From contig JABIPA010000063.1 in the NCBI GenBank assembly GCA_018698675.1, positions 20,851 through 84,850 on the forward strand: 64,000 nucleotides of DNA, in the 5' to 3' direction. The notes beneath the pieces are model-generated. The model was not told where the DNA came from and ran no database searches. It was given only the letters and a program-made list of their open reading frames with translations. Below are positions 58,201 through 64,000 of this stretch, one piece after another. Source of the stretch: a bacterium (GTDB lineage: Bacteria > Margulisbacteria > Marinamargulisbacteria > JABIPA01). Position 1 is the first letter of the stretch; each line of letters opens with the position of its first letter. The position numbers and the translations under genes were made by a program.

Positions 58201-61200
58201 TCTCTGTTGGTTACGAGGTGATGGGGACCATTTCCACCAATTTTGAAAGCAGATAAATCATCGGCATCATTAATTTGAAAAGGAATAAGAGACACATCAG
58301 CATTTGCGCTGACGTAAATAGCATCAGAAACATGGAGCCCCGTCGCATTAATAGAAACGATTTCAGAGCCAGAGATATCAAAACGGATAATGTCTTCGTC
58401 AGCAGATTCTTCGACATGAACTTTAGTGTCGGCGTCTGCATCTGAAATAAGGGCTGTGTCGATACTAAGGTTAGTAAGAGCAGATCCGTCTCCACTAAAA
58501 GAAGCAGCTGTTACAGAACCGGATGATAAAATGTTCCCAGCAACGTGAAGTGGCTGAGTTGGGTTTGTTGTGCCTATTCCGACATTTCCGGTACCTCGAA
58601 TAACCATGGATGTATTGACGGTATTGTCATTGGCAACATTTGTAAACGCGATGCCTCCATCAACATATGAATGATTAAAGTCTGTTTTTTCAAAAACTAG
58701 GCCGTCAAGATTACTTCCAAAAAAGTTGCCGTCTTGGTACATACGGAATCCGTCTGTAGCAGGATCCTCTCCCGGTGCTGATGATTCATTACGCAAAATA
58801 TCGACTGAGTTAACATATATACCGCTATTAAACGTTGCTGACGTATTAACGGATATCCCACCTGCAGCAACTATGTTTCCAGAAACATCAAGGTTGCCGG
58901 ATTCATCTAAACGCATGGTCTCAGTTAATGTAGCCTGATTTTGATTATAAAAAACAAGGCTTTCATCGCCGTCATCACCATAGGAGATAAGCGTTTCGTG
59001 ATAGCCGTTGTCAGACGAAACGTCTTGCATCCCAAAAAAAGCGCCGTCACTAGAGTTAGAGATAAGAATACCATCCATGGAATTGAACGGGTTGTCGTAA
59101 GATGCCCCATTACCTACTTCTAAAAGAGAACCGGGAATCGTATTCCCAATACCAACTCGATTGGTGGAAGCATCAACAAACAGAGTATTTGTATCAACAG
59201 TTAAGTCCGCACCAAAAATACCGTTTGAAGAGGCGTTTATAGATCCAACGACGTCAAGTTTTTCAGAAGGAGTGGTGGTACCGATGCCAAAGTCTCCAGC
59301 GGTCGAAAGCCGAGCTTTTTCTGCACCATTTATGGCAAGTGTTAAGGGTATACTTCCCGCCGCATTAATTCGGAATCCGTCCGATACTCCCATAGGTCCA
59401 ATGTGTGAAACATTTCCTGCGCGATTAAATCCTATTTGAGAAGTGTCTCCAGTCCCAGCTACATATAATTCGATTTGGTTAGCAGGTGACGATGTTCCGA
59501 TTCCAAAGCCAGTTGCTGTCAACACGGCCGTTTCAACTGATTCAATATCGAAACGAATAATATTTTCGTCTGACGTTTCCTCGACGTGAATTTTGGTATT
59601 CCCATCGTCATCGGAAACAAAATTAATAGTAGGAATACTATCCAAATTTAGATTAGTAATAAGAGATCCGTCACCTGAAAAAGCATTTGCAGTAACTGTG
59701 CCAGAAAAATTAGCAGTAACAGCAGAGAGACCAGCGGAAAGCACAGAATGGGTACCAGTTAAGAAGCTAGAAAAAGAACCAGATGTTCCGGAGATAGCTC
59801 CAGAAAAAGAACCTGAAGTAGCCGTTAGAGATCCATCAGCGACGATGTTTCCAGAAACAAGAGAATGGCTAGATGAATGAATGCTTCCAACAACATCGAG
59901 GTTATAAAGAGGGGTTGTCGTCCCTATACCAAGTGAGTTGGAAGAGACATCAACAAAAAGGGAGTTATCACCAACAAGTAAATTCCCTTCTTTGGAAAGA
60001 ATCATACGGAGCTCAGTATTTGTATAAAAACGCATGTCTCTATCTTCAGCTAGATAAAGATTAAAGTAATTGGTACCAAATCCAATAAAGGAAGAATCGT
60101 TACCACGAGAAAAGGTCAATTTAGACCAAGTAGATTGGTCTGGAACATAAAGGTCAAGTAAAGAGGTAGGGGTTGTTGTACCAATACCAAGCCCGGTGGA
60201 AGTAAGCGTGGCAGATTCCGTATTATCAATATTGAATCTAATAATATCTTCGTTAGCAAATTCTTCCGTATGAATACTCGTTGTACCATCAGAATCGCTA
60301 ATGATGTTTACAGTAGGAATAGAGGTAGCTGTAACGTTTGTTAAGCCGGAGCCATCACCCAAGAATGCAGCGGCTGTAATATTGCTAGAAACATCAAGAT
60401 TCCCATCTCCATCAAGAATCATACGAGACGTTAATGTGCTACTTGTTTGATTATAAAAAACAAGGTTTGCGTTTGAGCTGTCACCGTACCCAATAAGCGC
60501 TTGAGCTGTACTTCCTCCCGGAAGTTCTTTCATTCCTAGAAATAAATTGTCAGTATTTTCTCGAATAAAGATACCTCTCATAGAGGTGTAAGGAGAGTTT
60601 GTTCCAGAACCGTCACCAATTTCTAAGTCCAGAAAGTTTGTGTTAGAAGGTGTTCCTAATGCCAATTTATTGGCATGAATATTACCCCAAAGGTTTGTTG
60701 TTGTACCTAAAGATCCTTGGCCGGTCGCGTCAGGGTATAATGAGTATGTATTTGAAGCTGCTGTATAGTCAAAAAGAGCGCTACCTTTCGAGCTAAAACC
60801 AAATGTAAATTGACCACCGTTGGGACCTAAAGAAGCCGATCTGTACTGGAAATCAACGCCACCGTCTTCGTTCATAAGTTTAAGCGGATACGTGTAGTTT
60901 GTATCGTCATTGTCGTAGTTTCTAATTAGAAGTTTAGTTCCTTCTGCATTAGTGCCTGTATCAATGGAACCGCCCAATTCTAGTTGAATACCTGCTTGAG
61001 GACCAGGAGAAGGGAGAAGGACTCGCCCATCATTAAAAATTTGAAAAATATCGTCATAAGATGTTGAGTCGAATTTAGTTGGATTAGACCTGAAATAAAA
61101 AATAGGAACAGATGATTGAGCCGTATATGAATTAAAAATTGTAGATGTGTTTGAAACAATGTGGGTAGGAGCATTTCCATTAGAATGTCCAAATTTAATT

Positions 61201-64000
61201 GCAGACGCGTCATCGACAGAATTGATTTGAAAAGGAGCAGACGTATTTGATAGTTCTGATGTAATGAAAATACCACCAGAAACATTTAAGCTTTCGTCTG
61301 TGAGAGTAGCACGTTCATCCCCAGCAATATCGAAACGGATAATATCGTCATCTGTAGATTCTTCGACAAGGATTTTAGTATCATTGTCCGCGTCAGAAAT
61401 AATATTGATACTAGGAATAACAGAAGCGTCGAGGACACCAGAGGTAATATTAGAAGCATTCAAGTCAGTAAGGTAAAGACCATCACCATGAAAGGCGTTA
61501 GCCGTAACGGTTCCTGTAAAATCACCAGTGACCGCGTTAAAGAGCCCACCAACGCTAGCATTACCAGAAAAAGCACCAGTAAGAGCATTAACATCTTGGC
61601 CAAAAATAGATTTCCAACGTTTATCATTTTTACCTAATGAACCAGCTGTGGATGTGGAAGGGTAAAAAACGTAATTGGAAGCGGAATCGTCATAATCCAT
61701 GAGAGCAGAGCCACGAGATCCAAAGCCGAATGTGAATTGACCGCCATCGGTAGAGTTAGATGCGGACCTGAATTGGAAATCAACATTGTTATCTTCGTCT
61801 TTAAGTTTAATAGGATATGTATAGTTCGTATCGTCATTGTCATAGTTGGCAATTAAAAGTTTGGTACCAGCCATATTCGAACCAGCATCGGTAGCCCCAA
61901 ATAATGATAAATGTTCACCGTTTTCGGGACCTTGACCGTTAAGAACGACTTCACCATTTTTATAAATAGACACCAGGCTATTGTAATTGTCCGTATCATA
62001 TTTAGTTGGACCTGCTCTGAATTGAAAAACAGGTGTGGATTCAGAGGCAGAATATCCATGGAAAAGAAGGTCTCTATTTGAAACAAGGTAGTGTGGATCG
62101 TTGTCTGTCGAGTCGCCAAAACGAATGGAAGAGTCGTCATCAGCAGAATTGATTTGAAGAGGAGCTAAGGATCCATTGGAATTAGATTTAACAAAAATAC
62201 TGTCGGCGACGTTGAGACCTGTGGAATTAATAGAAACAGATTCGGAGCCATCGGCAATGAAACGAATAATATCTTCATCGACCGATTGTTCAACAAAAAT
62301 AGACGTGTCGTTATCATCATCCGCAATAGAATTAAGACTAGGAATAAGAGCGGAGTTAATGACACCGAGAGTAAGGTTGGAGGCATTAAGGTCAGTTAAA
62401 TAAGATCCGTTTCCATAGAAAGAGTTAGCGGTAACGTCTGACGAAAAATTAGCAGTAGCGGCAGTTAATCCGGATGCAACGTTAATCTCTGTTGTATATG
62501 TTTTTTTCCAATAGTAGGAAGCCGTTCCAAGCGTACCATCGTTATTGGCACTAGGGTAAAGAGAATAGGTATCTTCAGTGGCATCATATTCAGCAAGAAG
62601 GCTTCCTTGGTCTACAAATCCAAAAAGAAATTGACCACCGTTTAATCCACCGTCTGAAGCAGACCGATAATAAAAGTTAGTTTTATTGTTTTCATCAACC
62701 ATTTTGAGAGGGTAAGTGTAATTTGTATCGTCATTATCATAACTAGAAATTAAAAGTTTAGTTCCAGAGGCATTAACACCGGTGTTTACGGTACCAGCAA
62801 GTTCTAGTTGAGTTCCAGCTGGGGTCCCAGGAGCAGATAAGAGGACTTTACCATCATTATAAATTTGAAATAGATTTGTGTAAGAGCCATTATCAAATTT
62901 AGTGGAGTTGTCACGAAAATTAAAAATGGGAGACGAGACGCCCAAAGTATATGCGTTAAAGACCATGTCTCTATTAGATACGATATGATGAGGATTAATT
63001 CCGGTTGAATCACCAATTTTAAGGGCAGAAGAATCGTCAGCAGAATTGATTTGCAAAGCGGGAGCAGAAGAAACAGAGTTAATAAAAACAGAGTCATCAA
63101 CATGGAGTCCTGTCGCGTTTATAGACACGCGTTCAGAACCTGAGGTATTAAAGCGAATAATATCCTCGTCCGTTGAGTTTTCGACAAGAATAGTTGTGTC
63201 ATTATCAGCATCAGAAAGAGAGTTAATGCTAGGTATGAGACTAGGGTCAAGAAGACCGGACGATATGTTGTCAGCACTTAGGTCGGTAAGGTAGAGCCCA
63301 TTTCCATGAAAAGCATTGGCGGTAATATCGCTAGAAAAGTTAGCGGTAACAGCAGATAGTCCAGCAGAAAGAACTTCATGAGTACCGGATAATATTTGAG
63401 TGAAGGTACCTGATGTAGCTGAAAGAGCATCTGTGAAGGTTGCAGTTGTACCCGAAACAGCTCCTGAAAAATTACCAGCAACCCCAGAGATATCACTCGT
63501 GAATGTACCAGTCGAACCAGAAACAGCGCCAGAAAAGGACCCAGAAGCAGCCGATAATGATCCGTCGGAAACAATATTTCCAGAAACATATGAATGGCTA
63601 GACGAGTGAATGGTACCAATGACATCTATATTATGTTCGGGAGATGTTGTACCAACTCCAATTTTGTCTTGGTCGAGGTTGACATAAAAAGAGTTGGAGC
63701 CGATGTAAAAATTTCCGTTCTTTGACAGGGTCATTTGGTTAACGCCATCGGTATAAAATCGAAGGTGTTTATCTTCGGCAACGTTTAGTTTAAAGGCATC
63801 AGACGTGTCATACCCTATGAATGAGGATGTACCACCTCTGTTAAAGGTGAGTATTGAGTCTGTCGAGTCATCAGGAACATAAAGTTCAAGTTGAGACGAA
63901 GGAGCGGAGGTGCCGATACCAAGCCCAGTAGATGTAAGTGTCACTTTTTCGGAACCATCAATATTGAAGCGAATAATATCTTCATCGGTCGATTGCTCAA
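55281..64000 (-). CDS. giant mosaic-repeat tail-fibre-like protein with C-terminal phage tail-collar domain (5' end outside the window)
   Basis: The open frame continues upstream of the track's GTG (63944) to the window edge. It translates as EQSTDEDIIRFNIDGSEKVTLTS, another copy of the internal repeat, so the protein exceeds 2,906 aa. The C-terminus carries PAGAIIMWSGSIGAIPAGWELCDGDAGTPDLRGKFVVG ... FDNRPSYYTIAYIMKL, a tail-collar/MdpB-type domain. Confidence 0.88.
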   Translation of the reverse strand, partial: EQSTDEDIIRFNIDGSEKVTLTSTGLGIGTSAPSSQLELYVPDDSTDSILTFNRGGTSSFIGYDTSDAFKLNVAEDKHLRFYTDGVNQMTLSKNGNFYIGSNSFYVNLDQDKIGVGTTSPEHNIDVIGTIHSSSHSYVSGNIVSDGSLSAASGSFSGAVSGSTGTFTSDISGVAGNFSGAVSGTTATFTDALSATSGTFTQILSGTHEVLSAGLSAVTANFSSDITANAFHGNGLYLTDLSADNISSGLLDPSLIPSINSLSDADNDTTILVENSTDEDIIRFNTSGSERVSINATGLHVDDSVFINSVSSAPALQINSADDSSALKIGDSTGINPHHIVSNRDMVFNAYTLGVSSPIFNFRDNSTKFDNGSYTNLFQIYNDGKVLLSAPGTPAGTQLELAGTVNTGVNASGTKLLISSYDNDDTNYTYPLKMVDENNKTNFYYRSASDGGLNGGQFLFGFVDQGSLLAEYDATEDTYSLYPSANNDGTLGTASYYWKKTYTTEINVASGLTAATANFSSDVTANSFYGNGSYLTDLNASNLTLGVINSALIPSLNSIADDDNDTSIFVEQSVDEDIIRFIADGSESVSINSTGLNVADSIFVKSNSNGSLAPLQINSADDDSSIRFGDSTDNDPHYLVSNRDLLFHGYSASESTPVFQFRAGPTKYDTDNYNSLVSIYKNGEVVLNGQGPENGEHLSLFGATDAGSNMAGTKLLIANYDNDDTNYTYPIKLKDEDNNVDFQFRSASNSTDGGQFTFGFGSRGSALMDYDDSASNYVFYPSTSTAGSLGKNDKRWKSIFGQDVNALTGAFSGNASVGGLFNAVTGDFTGTVTANAFHGDGLYLTDLNASNITSGVLDASVIPSINIISDADNDTKILVEESTDDDIIRFDIAGDERATLTDESLNVSGGIFITSELSNTSAPFQINSVDDASAIKFGHSNGNAPTHIVSNTSTIFNSYTAQSSVPIFYFRSNPTKFDSTSYDDIFQIFNDGRVLLPSPGPQAGIQLELGGSIDTGTNAEGTKLLIRNYDNDDTNYTYPLKLMNEDGGVDFQYRSASLGPNGGQFTFGFSSKGSALFDYTAASNTYSLYPDATGQGSLGTTTNLWGNIHANKLALGTPSNTNFLDLEIGDGSGTNSPYTSMRGIFIRENTDNLFLGMKELPGGSTAQALIGYGDSSNANLVFYNQTSSTLTSRMILDGDGNLDVSSNITAAAFLGDGSGLTNVTATSIPTVNIISDSDGTTSIHTEEFANEDIIRFNIDNTESATLTSTGLGIGTTTPTSLLDLYVPDQSTWSKLTFSRGNDSSFIGFGTNYFNLYLAEDRDMRFYTNTELRMILSKEGNLLVGDNSLFVDVSSNSLGIGTTTPLYNLDVVGSIHSSSHSLVSGNIVADGSLTATSGSFSGAISGTSGSFSSFLTGTHSVLSAGLSAVTANFSGTVTANAFSGDGSLITNLNLDSIPTINFVSDDDGNTKIHVEETSDENIIRFDIESVETAVLTATGFGIGTSSPANQIELYVAGTGDTSQIGFNRAGNVSHIGPMGVSDGFRINAAGSIPLTLAINGAEKARLSTAGDFGIGTTTPSEKLDVVGSINASSNGIFGADLTVDTNTLFVDASTNRVGIGNTIPGSLLEVGNGASYDNPFNSMDGILISNSSDGAFFGMQDVSSDNGYHETLISYGDDGDESLVFYNQNQATLTETMRLDESGNLDVSGNIVAAGGISVNTSATFNSGIYVNSVDILRNESSAPGEDPATDGFRMYQDGNFFGSNLDGLVFEKTDFNHSYVDGGIAFTNVANDNTVNTSMVIRGTGNVGIGTTNPTQPLHVAGNILSSGSVTAASFSGDGSALTNLSIDTALISDADADTKVHVEESADEDIIRFDISGSEIVSINATGLHVSDAIYVSANADVSLIPFQINDADDLSAFKIGGNGPHHLVTNREMVLNAYTAAASAPVFYYRASVTKFDVFTNTDLMQIYNDGKVLLPSPGPQSGTQLELAGTNDTGTNADGTKLLISGYDNDDTNYTYPLKLVDEDGNVDFQFRSGSHGPSGGQFKFGFSSKGSALFEYDSVVDTYALYPDTTGEGSLGTSANLWGNIHANKLQLGVPFNSPQSKDFLDLEIGDGIGVNAPYIGMRGLFIRNNSDNLFIGVNDIDGGAGDAAEAVIGFGDNGEEHLVFYSQNLTTLTERMRLTSDGNLEISGNITASGFGGLIADTLMINGAGGNSGVDSQVAFWGPTDSGVNAEGYKLSITNYDNDDTDYTYPLLLRDEDSNDDFWFRSASNSTDGGQFRFGFSAKGHALFEFDSTEDTYALYPDATGKGSLGTSANNWSKIYTESIQISANTTAGAPAPFQINDINDTGAFKIGRTGDTNHNNPVHLVSSSSMVFNGYDITPSNALFYFRSNTNQFDTETYTDLVKVWDDGAVDIIDNHVTNDYANYQMSITGNVDQGVNAQGIKLSISGYDNDDSLVTWPLVIKDEDGYNDFVVRSAMGTGTSARTTIGFNSYGSMHAEYAADAETYALYPDTSGQGSLGTTANLWGNIHSNKLALGSPSNTNFLDLEIGDGGGNNAPFIGMSGIFIRNDTDNLFLGVNDIDGGTSNTGEAVIGYGDDGLEHLVFYSQGGATLTERMRLTPEGNLDVSGNITASEIITDGSGILNDAIRAEPSAAGVTPVLDSFRIYHDRDFLGASNFDALVFEKTDWNQTNPDGLIAFTNVGSDNTVDTSMVIRGTGLIGMGTSAPSEKLEVVGDVKATDFVLSNGISVVPAGAIIMWSGSIGAIPAGWELCDGDAGTPDLRGKFVVGYNSANADYNAIGDSGGSDNRTLTTANIPSHTHTGTTVTGGSHAHNINTQQDDYNVTAINGGPSFGSDSGTWGNHHATENGGSHSHTFTTNSTGSGTSFDNRPSYYTIAYIMKL
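60234..63164 (-). repeat. three tandem ~300-366-aa coding repeat modules inside the giant tail-fibre-like gene
   Basis: D(I/N)IIRF anchors at 63150-63164, 62259-62273, 61332-61346 and 60234-60248, spaced 891, 927 and 1098 nt apart. Each unit also carries FQINSADD..., YDNDDTNYTYP(L/I)K and GGQF.FGF blocks. Confidence 0.75.

Noticed and set aside
59593-59880. Long plus-strand ORFs inside the giant minus-strand gene (59593-59880, 63400-63609, 62176-62403, 63046-63294, 61264-61476, 55654-55923 and others). Some have repetitive PE/AP-rich translations.
   Set aside because: They are antisense shadows of the Gly/Ser/Thr-rich repeat codons. They recur only because the sense-strand repeats recur, they have no SD, and they are fully embedded in a far longer and better-supported frame.
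55281-64000. Possible CRISPR array or non-coding tandem repeat suggested by the periodic DNA similarity
   Set aside because: The repeat units are hundreds of nt long, are diverged, and lie in one continuous open reading frame. There is no short repeat/spacer periodicity anywhere in the window.
55281-64000. Prophage call based on the tail-collar domain
   Set aside because: No integrase, terminase, capsid, portal, sheath or baseplate gene appears in the 9 kb downstream, which holds the dehydrogenase-like gene, the ROK-like gene and priA. The upstream side is outside the window, so a prophage cannot be excluded but is not supported.

Overview
Low-GC, gene-dense bacterial chromosomal window that reads cleanly in the standard code. 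I count about 39 protein-coding genes, one tRNA (tRNA-His) and one clear intrinsic terminator. I found no rRNA, CRISPR array, transposase or integrase. The backbone is ordinary housekeeping, often in tightly coupled or overlapping operons: rmuC, rnj, dapA, rpoD, pth, ispD, rpoN, tsaD, proC-yggT-DUF167, tkt-aroB-aroQ, dus, apt, prs and priA. A T9SS/FlgD-Ig-like C-terminal domain on a subtilisin, a short 345-aa primary sigma factor and an OstA/LptA-like protein point to a Gram-negative organism, possibly from the FCB group or a candidate phylum. That taxonomic placement is inference only. Three giant genes fill about 38% of the window and are the notable content. (1) A tandem pair of deeply diverged but fully collinear paralogues of about 2,600 aa lies at 7771-15582 and 15697-23680. 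Neither has a domain I can recognise. The second copy is split exactly at the boundary of its ~160-aa N-terminal domain. (2) A mosaic-repeat, tail-fibre-like protein of more than 2,900 aa lies at 55281-64000 on the minus strand and runs off the window edge. It ends in a phage tail-collar domain with three HxH motifs, but sits among housekeeping genes with no other phage genes in view. Smaller oddities: a Leu/Phe/Val-dehydrogenase homologue lacking the catalytic lysine, a DUF89 phosphatase translationally coupled into the shikimate operon, a perfect 21-nt direct repeat bracketing a lipoprotein gene, and an unannotated 44-codon ORF with a strong Shine-Dalgarno sequence.
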